Positions 10,376-20,318 are shown, numbered from the stretch's first letter. The stretch: DNA of 64,000 bases from Gammaproteobacteria bacterium (GCA_965221695.1 OZ244905.1:320001-384000); one strand, 5' to 3'. Program-made: numbers and translations. Notes: generated by a model from the sequence alone, not told the origin.

Positions 10376-12109
10376 CTATCTTCTGATGATCCTGGGCAGC
10401 ATCATCTGGTGTCTTGGACAGATTGAGCGAGGATTCTGGTGCGCGGCGCCGGCAAACGCCGTGAGATAATTTCTGAGTTCAACCAGGTCCACGATTTCGT
10501 CGACGAGGCCGTAACGCGCGCAATATTCAGGGTTGGAATGTTGCCGATATTGCTCGGCCAGGGCGTTCATCTTGTCAGCCACCTCATCCAACGGTTTACC
10601 CGCGTCTTTTTGTTTGACTGCGCGTCTTGAGTACATGGCAACCGCCGCGGTTTCTCCATGCATGACCGCAATCTCGGTAGCCGGGGTGCCTAGCGTGAAC
10701 GCATTGTGGCGATTCGCGGTCGGTCCACCCATCAGGTAATGGGCCGCGGCCGTGCCTTTGCGCAGAACGACAAGCATCATGGGAATGTCGGTTTGCTGTA
10801 TAGAATAAATCAGGGACTGGCCCAGACCCAGCAACTCGGCTTTCTCTGCCAGCTCGCCAACGTCTATGCCTGAAGTATCCTGGAACCAGACAATCGGAAC
10901 CCGGTCTCGACCGCAGTGAGTGACAAACTCGTTCATCTTGATCAGCCCCTGGCGATACAGTTTCCCTCCCATACCCGGATAGTCTGCATACTCCGGATAG
11001 CCTTTGCCGAGGTAACCGGAACGATTTCCGATACATCCAACCACGAAACCGTCCAGTCTGCACAACCCCGTATAAACCTCCGGGCCATAGTCGGGACGGA
11101 ATTCCATATGTTCACTGGCATCTACTAACCGGGCCAGAATTTCGTCGAATGAATACACTTCTTTCTGGTTGGAGGGCAGCAGGCAATACAAATCTTCAGT
11201 CGCGTAGGCTGGCTCAGCAGGCTCTGCTACCCGAAAAAAACGGGGTTTATAAGCGGGTATGGCCTCCATGTAGTCTCTGATGCCATCCAGCACCTCGGTC
11301 TCTTCCTCGAAGACCTCGGTAAAGAAGCCCGTCTCATGGTAATGAGTCTCGACCCGTCCAGGTGGTTTGGCGCTGAATGAACGGGTCATTTCAACCAGTT
11401 CTTCCAGGGCCTCAGCGCTGAATCCACCTTTCGGGGACATACCCGAGACGATGCCAACGCCACCAACAGCTATGTTCGCGTTCTTGTGAGCCAGGAGAAT
11501 AGTGGGACTGATGCCATGGTAGCCGCCGCCGGCAGGATTTGTGCCGTAGATGCCGGCAAGCACGGGGATACCAAGCTGGTTCAATTCCGCATGGCGAAAG
11601 AATGTGGCGCCCGATCCGCGCCGGTTGGCATAGAACTTTTCCTGCTCATCCAGTTTCACACCACTGCAGTTAACCAGCCAGATCAAGGGCACATTAAGTC
11701 GCTTGGCCAAGTCGGTAACACGTAAGATGTTCTCCGATTGGCCCGGCAACCAGGCGCCGGCCAGCACCTTGTTGTCAAAACCGATCACCACTGCCCAACG
11801 TCCCGCCACCCTGGCAAGCCCGTCTACCACATTGGTTGAACCGTTGGCATTGTCTGAAGGATTGTACAAACTGTGCAAAGGCCGCCAGGAACCCGGATCG
11901 ATGAGATGTTCCAGGCGTTGCCAGACAGTCATTGTGCCGCGCTGGTTGATCTGTTCGGTGGAGAAACCCGCCTGCTCGATATCTTTTCTGCATTGCGCAA
12001 TGTCCGCTTCCACCTGTTTAAGCTGTTCGATGCTTGCGGCAGCGCGCTTGATCCGGCCGGACTTCAACTGTTTGCCAAATCGTTGCATGTTCTCGAAATA
12101 AGATTTCAT
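10376..12109 (-). CDS. gcdA: Glutaconyl-CoA decarboxylase alpha (carboxyltransferase) subunit
   Basis: YFENM..GK.L, DNKVLAGAW.PGQ, NCSGVK.DEQEK, GIYGTNPAGGGY, GGKLYRQGLIKMNEFVT match GcdA. Confidence 0.92.
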   Translation of the reverse strand: MKSYFENMQRFGKQLKSGRIKRAAASIEQLKQVEADIAQCRKDIEQAGFSTEQINQRGTMTVWQRLEHLIDPGSWRPLHSLYNPSDNANGSTNVVDGLARVAGRWAVVIGFDNKVLAGAWLPGQSENILRVTDLAKRLNVPLIWLVNCSGVKLDEQEKFYANRRGSGATFFRHAELNQLGIPVLAGIYGTNPAGGGYHGISPTILLAHKNANIAVGGVGIVSGMSPKGGFSAEALEELVEMTRSFSAKPPGRVETHYHETGFFTEVFEEETEVLDGIRDYMEAIPAYKPRFFRVAEPAEPAYATEDLYCLLPSNQKEVYSFDEILARLVDASEHMEFRPDYGPEVYTGLCRLDGFVVGCIGNRSGYLGKGYPEYADYPGMGGKLYRQGLIKMNEFVTHCGRDRVPIVWFQDTSGIDVGELAEKAELLGLGQSLIYSIQQTDIPMMLVVLRKGTAAAHYLMGGPTANRHNAFTLGTPATEIAVMHGETAAVAMYSRRAVKQKDAGKPLDEVADKMNALAEQYRQHSNPEYCARYGLVDEIVDLVELRNYLTAFAGAAHQNPRSICPRHQMMLPRIIRR

Positions 12110-12234
12110 TATGACTTTTTCCTCAACCAGGAACGAGTAATGTTAGCAGGTCTTAATAATGCGGGTAGCAGGCATTATAAATCAGGAACAAGAAACTGGA
12201 TACCCGCTGTTGGGAGAATGGTATAGTAGTTTCC

Positions 12235-12633
12235 ATGTCTATGCGGATATTACAACCACCCGGCTGGCCATATCCCCGAGGTTACTCCAATGGCATCATG
12301 GCGCGTGGCAGGATGATCTTCATCGCCGGACAAATCGGTTGGGATGAAACAAATATCATACAAAGCGACCGCCTCGCTGACCAAGTTCGCCAGGCCCTGA
12401 AAAATACCCTTGCAGTGCTGAGCGAAGCGAATGCCGGACCTGAACATGTCGCCAGGATGACCTGGTATGTCGTTGATAAACAGGAATATTTGTCGTCCCT
12501 GAAAGAAATCGGAAAAGCGTACCGGGATGTTATGGGCAACAACTACCCGGCAATGGCATTGTTAGAGGTGTCCGGATTACTTGAGGACAGGGCAAAAGTG
12601 GAAATCGAAACCACAGCCGTCCTACCAGATTGA
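12235..12633 (+). CDS. RidA/YjgF family enamine/imine deaminase
   Basis: LQPPGWP.PRGYSNG, AGQIGW, YPAM, VEIETTA. Confidence 0.9.
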   Translation: MSMRILQPPGWPYPRGYSNGIMARGRMIFIAGQIGWDETNIIQSDRLADQVRQALKNTLAVLSEANAGPEHVARMTWYVVDKQEYLSSLKEIGKAYRDVMGNNYPAMALLEVSGLLEDRAKVEIETTAVLPD

Positions 12634-12800
12634 GCCCGCTGAAAGTCAATGGGACCTAAAGTCAGCTAAAGGCCGCTTAACTGTTTTGACGCATTGCTCC
12701 TGACCAGCCAAACACGACGGCGCGGACGAGATCATATCTTAGTACAGTATCAGGGCAGGGACGCTGGCCGTCGTCAGACTGGGTATAGCAGACATGGATA

Positions 12801-12829
12801 TTGACACTAAAATAATTTGCGCTTAAAAT
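12801..12829 (+). promoter_or_regulatory. sigma70 promoter for rplM-rpsI
   Basis: TTGACA (12801-06), 17 nt spacer, TAAAAT (12824-29). Confidence 0.8.
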
Positions 12830-12861
12830 TCATCTTTTTAACGCGCATTTACTGAATCTTC

Positions 12862-13290
12862 ATGAAAACCTACACCGCCACGCCGGCAGACATCAAACCT
12901 GAGTGGCATCTTGTTGATGCCAAGGGAAAAGTCCTTGGCAGGCTTGCTACAGAAATTGCCAGGCGCTTGCGTGGAAAACACAAGCCGGAATATACCCCGC
13001 ACATGGATACCGGCGATTATGTGATCGTCATCAACGCAAAAGATGTCCAGGTAACGGGAAACAAGGCAAGCAGCAAAACTTATTATCGCCACACCGGCTA
13101 CCCAGGCGGCATCAGGTCTATCACTTTCGATAAGTTGATCCGCTCAAAGCCGGAACGGGTCATTGAAAAAGCAGTCAAAGGCATGTTGCCCAAAGGCCCC
13201 CTGGGCCGGGATATGTTTCGCAAGCTGCGGGTTTATCCCGACAGCAATCATCGCCATGACGCGCAACAACCTAAACCGCTGGAATTATAA
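12862..13290 (+). CDS. rplM: 50S ribosomal protein L13
   Basis: LGRLAT..A..LRGKHKP.YTPH.DTGD; [10 protein letters not shown]. Confidence 0.98.
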   Translation: MKTYTATPADIKPEWHLVDAKGKVLGRLATEIARRLRGKHKPEYTPHMDTGDYVIVINAKDVQVTGNKASSKTYYRHTGYPGGIRSITFDKLIRSKPERVIEKAVKGMLPKGPLGRDMFRKLRVYPDSNHRHDAQQPKPLEL

Positions 13291-13318
13291 CGGCGCACAC
13301 TACTACTCGGACACAGAT

Positions 13319-13711
13319 ATGGCAGACGGGATTTATTACAGCACCGGGCGCAGAAAAAGCGCCAGCGCGCGCGTATTTCTGAAGAAAGGCGAGGGGAATA
13401 TCGTCATCAATAATCGCACTATGGAACAATATTTCGGCAGGGAAACCGGTAGGATGATCGTACGGCAGCCATTGGAAAAGCTCGATATGCTGGAAAACTT
13501 CGATATCAATGTCACTGTCAGTGGTGGCGGGATTTCCGGCCAGGCCGGCGCAATCAGGCATGGGATCACTCGGGCGTTGATCAGATATGATGAAGGTCTA
13601 CGCAAAACACTGCGCCAGGCAGGGTTCGTGACTCGTGACGCACGCGCAGTCGAACGCAAGAAGGTCGGCCTGCACAAAGCCAGGAAACGTCCGCAATACA
13701 GTAAACGCTAG
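13319..13711 (+). CDS. rpsI: 30S ribosomal protein S9
   Basis: [39 protein letters not shown]; start ATG 13319. Confidence 0.98.
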   Translation: MADGIYYSTGRRKSASARVFLKKGEGNIVINNRTMEQYFGRETGRMIVRQPLEKLDMLENFDINVTVSGGGISGQAGAIRHGITRALIRYDEGLRKTLRQAGFVTRDARAVERKKVGLHKARKRPQYSKR

Positions 13712-13900
13712 CCCGGATAACCGCTCTTGCTCTGCGCCAACCGGCGCCGAACGGCAAGCGCATGAATGGTAATCCCGGAACACGCTGTGATGTCCGGGGT
13801 CTCATTTTTATGGGAGCTGAGAGTCAATTTGCGGGGGCAAGACGCACGCAAACCCGTGAAGCGCATACGCTGATTTGCTCGGCGAAACGCGCGCGATCCG

Positions 13901-16294
13901 ATGAGTAACGGTCTTAAAATAATCTGTCTTGGCGGGGGGCCGGCATCGCTTTATTTCTCCCTGCTGATGAAAAAAGCAAATCCCGCTCATAATATTCAAG
14001 TCATTGAACGGGGTCCCTCCGATGCTACCTGGGGTTTCGGCGTGGTGTTTTCCGATGACACCTTACGTGGGTTTATGGAAGCCGACCCGCCTAGTTACAA
14101 ACGCATCGTGGAACAATTCGCCTACTGGGACCGGATAGAGACCCGCATACACGGCGCAAGCGTGGTGAGTGGCGGGCACGGATTCTGCGGATTGTCGCGG
14201 CTTAAGCTGTTGAATGCGTTGCATGATCGTTGTGAGGAACTGGGTGTAGCCCTGAAATTCAACACCGATATTACCGACCTGGCGCAGCTTGAGATCGATA
14301 AACACGATCTGGTCATAGCCGGAGACGGCATCACTTCTATGCTCCGCAGCGCCTATGCGGAGGCATTCGGCGTCAGCATGGACTGGCGGTCCAATCGTTT
14401 CTGCTGGCTGGCGACTACCTTGCCGTTGGATAATTTTACTTTTACTTTTCGGAAAAACGAACATGGCTGGTGGTGGACACACGGCTATCGCTACGAACAA
14501 GGCATGTCTACCTGGATCGTGGAATGCAACCGGCAGACCTGGTTGAACGCAGGAATGGATGCGTTCTCGGAACAAGACACCCGCGCTTATATCGAGGAGG
14601 TGTTCAGGGAAGACCTGCGCGGCCATCCTGTCATCACCAACCGCTCGGTCTGGCGCGAATTCCCTGTTGTGCGCAATGCCAGGCTCTACCACAGGAACAT
14701 CGTGTTGTTGGGTGATGCCGGGCGATCGGCCCATTTTTCTGTCGGTTCCGGCACCAAGCTTGCCATGGAGGACGCGATTACACTGGCCGGCATATTCCGG
14801 GATCAGGGCGATTGCGTCCCGTCCGCGCTAAAGGCATACCAGCAAATCCGTAAACCAGAGGCGGATCGTCTGCAACGCGCTGCGGTGACCAGTTTGCGCT
14901 GGTTTGAGAATGTGGAGCGCTATGCCGGCCAGGATCCATTGCAGTTCACATTCAACATGCTTGCCCGCTCCAAGCGGGTCACCTATGACAACCTGAGACT
15001 GCGTGATCCCTCATTTATTCGCGCCACAGACCAGTGGTTTGCAACCAATACTCAGGCGTTGACCGGTTTCGACGACATCGATACGGAAAACCCTGTTGCG
15101 CCGATGTTTCAACCGTTCAGAATAGGGCGGATGCGAGTGGAAAACCGCGTTCAGCTCTCCGCTATGTGCCAGTATTGCGCGTCAGACGGGGTGCCTGGTG
15201 AATGGCATTTTGTGCATTACGGCTCACGGGGAGTGGGCGGAGTCGGCCTGGTGAATACGGAAATGTTGTGCGTGTCGGCAGACGCTCGAATCACCCATGG
15301 CTGCGCCGGATTATGGAATGCGGAGCAAACAGAGCAATGGCGGCGTATCTGCGTGTTTATCCATCAGCACAGTAGGGCAAAAGTCTGCGCGCAAATCGGT
15401 CATGCCGGCCGCAAAGGCGCGACCTGCATCCCTTGGCAAGGCGGGATCGATCAACCACTGCCGTCTGAGGACTGGGAGATCATGGCGCCGTCGCCGTTGC
15501 CGTACCTGGAGCATAGCCGGGTCCCGCGGGAGATGACCGGCGCGGATATGGAGCGAGTGGAACAAGATTTCGTGAACGCAACGAAAAACGCGATTGCCGC
15601 CGGTTTTGATATGCTGGAGTTGCATATGGCGCACGGTTACCTGCTGTCGTCCTTCATTAGCCCTTGCGCCAACCTGCGCCGGGACGAACATGGCGGGGAC
15701 ATCAATGGCCGGGCTCGTTTCCCGTTGCGAATCTTGCGCGCCGTGCGCCGGATCTGGCCCGTAGAGCGTCCTTTGTCGGCGCGCATCTCAGCTACTGACT
15801 GGACTGGCGACGGGCTCTCCGAACAGGATCTGCTGACTTTCGTCCGATTGTTAAAAGACAACGGCGTCGACCTCATCAATGTCTCCACCGGACAGGTGGT
15901 CAGCTACGAAGAACCTGTCTATGGGCGAATGTACCAGGCTCCGTTTTCTGACCTGATCCGCAACGAGGTAGGGATTGCGACCGTGGTAGCCGGCAATATT
16001 ACCAATGCCGATCAAGTCAATACGCTGATCGCCGCAGGCAGAACCGACCTGGTGGCGCTGGCGCGCCCGCTTATGAACGAACCCCAGTTCGTGCTGAATG
16101 CTGCGGCCCGTTACGGATATCGCGCGCAGCGCTGGCCGGAACAGTACGCCGCGGGCAAATTCGCGGCCGAGTTGATTGCTGAGCGGGAGCGTAGCGAAGA
16201 GATCGAGCTGAAAATCAGCGCAAAACCCCCGAACCCACAGGAAATACTGGCCGTCGCGATCGCCAGGGGTGAAGTGTTTCTGGAGAAACCCTGA
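13901..16294 (+). CDS. abmA: Bifunctional 2-aminobenzoyl-CoA monooxygenase/reductase (salicylyl-CoA 5-hydroxylase family)
   Basis: N-terminal FAD monooxygenase (GGGPA, GFGVVFSD, HFSVGSGTKLAMED) fused to an OYE-type reductase (MCQY, HAGRKG, ELHMAHGYLLSSFISP). Confidence 0.88.
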   Translation: MSNGLKIICLGGGPASLYFSLLMKKANPAHNIQVIERGPSDATWGFGVVFSDDTLRGFMEADPPSYKRIVEQFAYWDRIETRIHGASVVSGGHGFCGLSRLKLLNALHDRCEELGVALKFNTDITDLAQLEIDKHDLVIAGDGITSMLRSAYAEAFGVSMDWRSNRFCWLATTLPLDNFTFTFRKNEHGWWWTHGYRYEQGMSTWIVECNRQTWLNAGMDAFSEQDTRAYIEEVFREDLRGHPVITNRSVWREFPVVRNARLYHRNIVLLGDAGRSAHFSVGSGTKLAMEDAITLAGIFRDQGDCVPSALKAYQQIRKPEADRLQRAAVTSLRWFENVERYAGQDPLQFTFNMLARSKRVTYDNLRLRDPSFIRATDQWFATNTQALTGFDDIDTENPVAPMFQPFRIGRMRVENRVQLSAMCQYCASDGVPGEWHFVHYGSRGVGGVGLVNTEMLCVSADARITHGCAGLWNAEQTEQWRRICVFIHQHSRAKVCAQIGHAGRKGATCIPWQGGIDQPLPSEDWEIMAPSPLPYLEHSRVPREMTGADMERVEQDFVNATKNAIAAGFDMLELHMAHGYLLSSFISPCANLRRDEHGGDINGRARFPLRILRAVRRIWPVERPLSARISATDWTGDGLSEQDLLTFVRLLKDNGVDLINVSTGQVVSYEEPVYGRMYQAPFSDLIRNEVGIATVVAGNITNADQVNTLIAAGRTDLVALARPLMNEPQFVLNAAARYGYRAQRWPEQYAAGKFAAELIAERERSEEIELKISAKPPNPQEILAVAIARGEVFLEKP

Positions 16295-16350
16295 TTCAAC
16301 CGCTTCCCGACCCGCTGCTCAGGTCAAAATTAACTTGAAAGAGTACTAAG

Positions 16351-16501
16351 GGAAACTCTGAACAAGTCCATCCTGGACTTATCAGAGCACGAAAAACAAA
16401 AATGCGATTTTTGTTTTCCTCACAATATCAATGCTTTACAGTCATTGATATTGACGATACATCCTTGTATCGTAGGAACCTCTGACTTAATCAGAGGTTC
16501 C
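16351..16501. mobile_element. Multi-hairpin MITE-like element, full copy 1 (151 bp)
   Basis: Terminal IRs GGAAACTCTGA/TCAGAGGTTCC, flanking TAAG direct repeat, five tandem hairpins; inverted homolog at 62598-62820. Confidence 0.85.
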
Positions 16502-16570
16502 TAAGGTTAATCATGGGTTATACTGTTCCGAAAATCTGATGCTGAAGGCGGTCATAGCAGGAGAGAGAAC

Positions 16571-17884
16571 ATGAAACAATACTCAAATGACGAGTTGTCG
16601 GGCCTGGTAAAAGAAGATTCGGTTCATAAAAAAGTCTATACGGACCCTGAAATCTTTGACCTGGAAATGGAGCGCATCTGGAACAAGTCCTGGATATATG
16701 TGGGACATGACAGCCAGGTCAAACAGCCGGGCGATTATTTTGCCACAAGCATCGGCAAGCAACCGGTTGTCATGACCCGACACCGGGATGGCAAGGTGCA
16801 TGTGCTGTTCAACCGTTGCAGTCACAAAGGCGCTCAAGTTGTGGGAGACACTTGCGGAAACCTGCCGCAACTGCGTTGCAGTTACCATGGTTACGTGTTC
16901 GATACCGATGGGACATTGCTCCACATCCCCAGGGAAGAAGGCTATAGCGGGGTTGGATTTGGCAAAGGCAGCGCCGAATCCAACATGCAACAAGCGCCGC
17001 GTGTCGACAGTTATCACGGACTGGTGTTCGCCAGTCTGACAAGCAACGGGCCGGATTTACAAACATGGTTAAGCGGCGCCGCGGCATCCATCGATAACTT
17101 GGTGGAACGCTCTCCTGAAGGGCGCATTGAAATTGCCGGCGGTTGTTTCCGCTACCTGCATGATTCCAACTGGAAGATGTTTGTGGAAAACCTGAACGAC
17201 GCCATGCACCCCATGGTTGTGCACCAGTCTTCCAGCGGCACCGCAAAGCGAGTATTTGATGAACGCTTGAAAGAAGGCGATCCGGTCCCGTTTGAACTGG
17301 AGATGCTGGCGCCGTTTACTAACAACTACGAGTTCTTTGAAAAAATGGGACTCACGGCCTGGGATTACGGGCATAGCGTCACCGGTGGAAAATTCAGCAT
17401 TCACTCAGCCTATTCGCCCATACCCGGTTACATGGACGCTTTGATCGATAAATACGGCGAACAGAAGGCCAAGGAAATCCTCGCGGTAAACCGCCACAAT
17501 ACCGTTGTCTACCCCAGTTTTACCTTGAAAGGCGCCATCACTTCGATCCGTGTCGTCAAGCCGGTGGCGGTAGATAAGACGGTTATCGAGTCATGGGTGT
17601 TCAAGCAGGTGGGCGCTCCTGAGGAACTGTTCCGGCGATCCATCACCTATTGCAACCTGATCAATTCCCATGCCAATCTGGTTGGCCCGGATGACTATGA
17701 AGCCTATCACCGCTTGCAGCATGGCTTGCAGACAGAAGACGGCAATGAATGGGTGAGTCAGCATCGTTATCTAGGCAAGGACGAAGTGGATGAGGATGGC
17801 GCCCGGCACGCGGCGGGCACCTCCGATATGGTCTTTCGCCACCAGTTCCAGACCTGGAAGAACTACATGGTTGGCCTTCAATGA
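16571..17884 (+). CDS. Rieske non-heme iron oxygenase alpha subunit (IadD-like)
   Basis: CSH..CSYH Rieske ligands; ENLNDAMHPMVVH and DDYE mononuclear-Fe ligands. Confidence 0.9.
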   Translation: MKQYSNDELSGLVKEDSVHKKVYTDPEIFDLEMERIWNKSWIYVGHDSQVKQPGDYFATSIGKQPVVMTRHRDGKVHVLFNRCSHKGAQVVGDTCGNLPQLRCSYHGYVFDTDGTLLHIPREEGYSGVGFGKGSAESNMQQAPRVDSYHGLVFASLTSNGPDLQTWLSGAAASIDNLVERSPEGRIEIAGGCFRYLHDSNWKMFVENLNDAMHPMVVHQSSSGTAKRVFDERLKEGDPVPFELEMLAPFTNNYEFFEKMGLTAWDYGHSVTGGKFSIHSAYSPIPGYMDALIDKYGEQKAKEILAVNRHNTVVYPSFTLKGAITSIRVVKPVAVDKTVIESWVFKQVGAPEELFRRSITYCNLINSHANLVGPDDYEAYHRLQHGLQTEDGNEWVSQHRYLGKDEVDEDGARHAAGTSDMVFRHQFQTWKNYMVGLQ

Positions 17885-17965
17885 CGCCATTGTCAATGCT
17901 TCGGACAATCAACATAGCCAGAGCTTTTCTGCGCTCTTCTTTTTTTAGAACAGGACTGAATTCTC

Positions 17966-18466
17966 ATGCAGACCCCGCAGCAAACCAACCCGCCTGATCT
18001 CCGATCATTGGAACAATTTCTGTATCACGAAGCGCGCCTGCTGGATGAACAACGCTGGGAGGAATGGAATGCCCTATACCTTGAAGACGCTGAATACTGG
18101 GCGCCGGCGGCGCCGGACCAGGAGGATCCGCACAACCATGTCTCGCTTATCTATGAAACGGGGCTGCTCAGGGCCGTGCGCATCAAACGTTACAGGCACC
18201 CCAATGCTTTTTCCCTGCAACCTCAACCCCGTAGCGCGCACCTGGTAAGCAATGTCATGCTGGACAGCTTTGATGAGAATACCCTGGAGTGCCAGGTCAA
18301 TTCCCGTTTCATCATGTTGCAGTATCGGCGCGAGAAACAGGATGTGTTTGCCGGGACCTACCAGCACAAACTGCGCATTGAGGGGAATGAATTCAGGATC
18401 GCCGCCAAGCGTATCGACTTGCTCAACTGCGACGCGCCGCTGGAAAATATACTCATATATTTCTAA
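17966..18466 (+). CDS. Ring-hydroxylating oxygenase beta subunit
   Basis: FLYHEARLLDE, HLVSNV, KRIDLLNCD. Confidence 0.92.
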   Translation: MQTPQQTNPPDLRSLEQFLYHEARLLDEQRWEEWNALYLEDAEYWAPAAPDQEDPHNHVSLIYETGLLRAVRIKRYRHPNAFSLQPQPRSAHLVSNVMLDSFDENTLECQVNSRFIMLQYRREKQDVFAGTYQHKLRIEGNEFRIAAKRIDLLNCDAPLENILIYF

Positions 18467-18766
18467 ATGCCCTCCGCACAAGGGAAATCCACTGATTCCG
18501 CCGCGTACCGGAAATTCAGGCGCATTCACAACAGATTGTCCTGGATACTGATCACCGCGCTGGTCGGCCTGGCGCTGGCATTTGATCTGTTCAACGTCTA
18601 CGCAAAAAAGCTCATGGGCGCTCCGCTGGTAGAACACAGCGTGATTTCCATCGGCATGTTCATTGCGCTGTTGATCATCCTGATTATTCTTGCCGCCGCA
18701 GTGTATTACACACTCAGGATCAATGCCGCTTACCTGGAGCTGCGCGAGTCCCAGGACGATGACTGA
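18467..18766 (+). CDS. DUF485 (YjcH-like) small membrane protein
   Basis: Two TM helices; directly precedes the ActP-type symporter. Confidence 0.75.
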   Translation: MPSAQGKSTDSAAYRKFRRIHNRLSWILITALVGLALAFDLFNVYAKKLMGAPLVEHSVISIGMFIALLIILIILAAAVYYTLRINAAYLELRESQDDD

Positions 18767-20318
18767 CCTGAATTATCCTGCGATTGCGTCGTTTGTACTG
18801 TTTATTATCGCCACATTGTTTATCACCGTGTATGCCGCGCGCCGCACACGTTCCAGAAAAGACTTCTACGTGGCAGGCAACGCCATCGGGGGCATACAGA
18901 ACGGCATCGCCATTTCCGGGGATTATATGTCCGCCGCTTCTTTCCTGGGCCTGGTGGGGCTTTTTTTTCTTGGCGGCTATGACACCATCTATTTTATCGT
19001 AAACCTGATTCTGAGTTGGGCGGTGGTGCTGTTTCTAATCGCCGAAAAGCTGCGCAACCTGGGCTCCTATACCTTTGCGGACGCGGTGTCGGTCAGGCTG
19101 GCGACACGACCGATACGGATACTCGCAGCTACCGTCACCCTGGCTGTAGCCATCCCGTACATGCTGGCGCAGATGGTCGCCGCCGGCGCTTTGTTCGAAT
19201 CTCTGTTCGGCCTCAGTTTCAGCCAAGGTGTGCTGGCAGTTGGCGTTCTGATGACTATTTATATCACTTTCGGCGGTATGATCGCGACCACCTGGGTGCA
19301 GATCATCAAGGCCGCGCTGCTGGTTGGCGGCGGCACCGTTCTTACAGTGGGGGTGCTTGCCAGTTTCAACTTTGACGTCAACAGATTGGCCGAACTGGCC
19401 GTGGCGGCGCACCCGCAAGGCATAGCCATCATGCAGCCGGGACTACTCTACCCGGACCTTATTTCCGTAGTTTCCCTGAGCCTCGCGTTTATCGGCGGCA
19501 CTGCGGGATTGCCCCATGTCCTGATGCGTTTTTTTACCGTGCCGGACGGTGTACAAGCCCGGCGTTCGGCTGCCTGGGCCATGGGAATCATCAGCTATTT
19601 CCAATTGCTGGTACTGTTCATCGGCCTTGGAGCGATAGTATTGTTGACGAACAATCCTGAATTCAGCGCCGGCGGTCTGCAGTTGCGTGGCGGCAGCAAT
19701 ATGGCGGCGATACACCTTTCGCAAATCATTGGCGGCAATATCTTCATGGGGTTTATCTGCGCGGTCGCATTTGCCACCATTCTCGCAGTAGTGTCAGGTC
19801 TGATGCTGTCCGCCGCCGCCACTATTTCCCACGACCTTTATGCCGGCGTTATCCGCAAAGGAGAATGCGACGAAGCTGAAGAGTTACGCGTGTCTCGATT
19901 GACAGTAGTCGTGTTGAGCGTTATCGGTATCTTGCTTGCCCTGATGTTCGAGGGCCAGAATGTGGCCGTGCTGGCCACCTTGCCTCTGGTAATCGCGGCC
20001 AGCGCCAACTTTCCCATTCTGTTCCTGTTCATGTACTGGAAAGGTTTCACCACCCGTGGCGCGCTGTTCGGCGGTTACACCGGATTGGCTCTGGCTGTCA
20101 GTCTGATCATTCTTGGCCCGACCGTCTGGGTTAACGTACTGGGTTACGAACAAGCGTTGTTTCCCTACACTTATCCGACCTTATTTTCCATGGGCGCTTG
20201 TTTCCTGTTTGCCTGGTTTTTCTCGATCACAGACAACAGCCCGCGCGCCGCCGCGGAAGCCGCCGCGTTTGCCGAACAGCAGCGCCGCTCACATTTGGGC
20301 GAACTGTCGTGCGGCTGA
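18759..20318 (+). CDS. actP: Cation/acetate symporter ActP family (solute:sodium symporter)
   Basis: NGIAISGDYMSAASFLG, GGMIATTWVQIIKA, GTAGLPHVLMRFFTVPD, AFATILAVV. Confidence 0.9.
   Translation: MTDLNYPAIASFVLFIIATLFITVYAARRTRSRKDFYVAGNAIGGIQNGIAISGDYMSAASFLGLVGLFFLGGYDTIYFIVNLILSWAVVLFLIAEKLRNLGSYTFADAVSVRLATRPIRILAATVTLAVAIPYMLAQMVAAGALFESLFGLSFSQGVLAVGVLMTIYITFGGMIATTWVQIIKAALLVGGGTVLTVGVLASFNFDVNRLAELAVAAHPQGIAIMQPGLLYPDLISVVSLSLAFIGGTAGLPHVLMRFFTVPDGVQARRSAAWAMGIISYFQLLVLFIGLGAIVLLTNNPEFSAGGLQLRGGSNMAAIHLSQIIGGNIFMGFICAVAFATILAVVSGLMLSAAATISHDLYAGVIRKGECDEAEELRVSRLTVVVLSVIGILLALMFEGQNVAVLATLPLVIAASANFPILFLFMYWKGFTTRGALFGGYTGLALAVSLIILGPTVWVNVLGYEQALFPYTYPTLFSMGACFLFAWFFSITDNSPRAAAEAAAFAEQQRRSHLGELSCG

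Noticed and set aside
13712-13900. tRNA or riboswitch after rpsI
   Set aside because: Only loose GC hairpins; no cloverleaf, T-loop or recognisable aptamer
16351-16501. Hairpin series as a CRISPR array or attC cassette sites
   Set aside because: Units differ from each other, there is no repeat-spacer periodicity, and no cas or integrase gene is present
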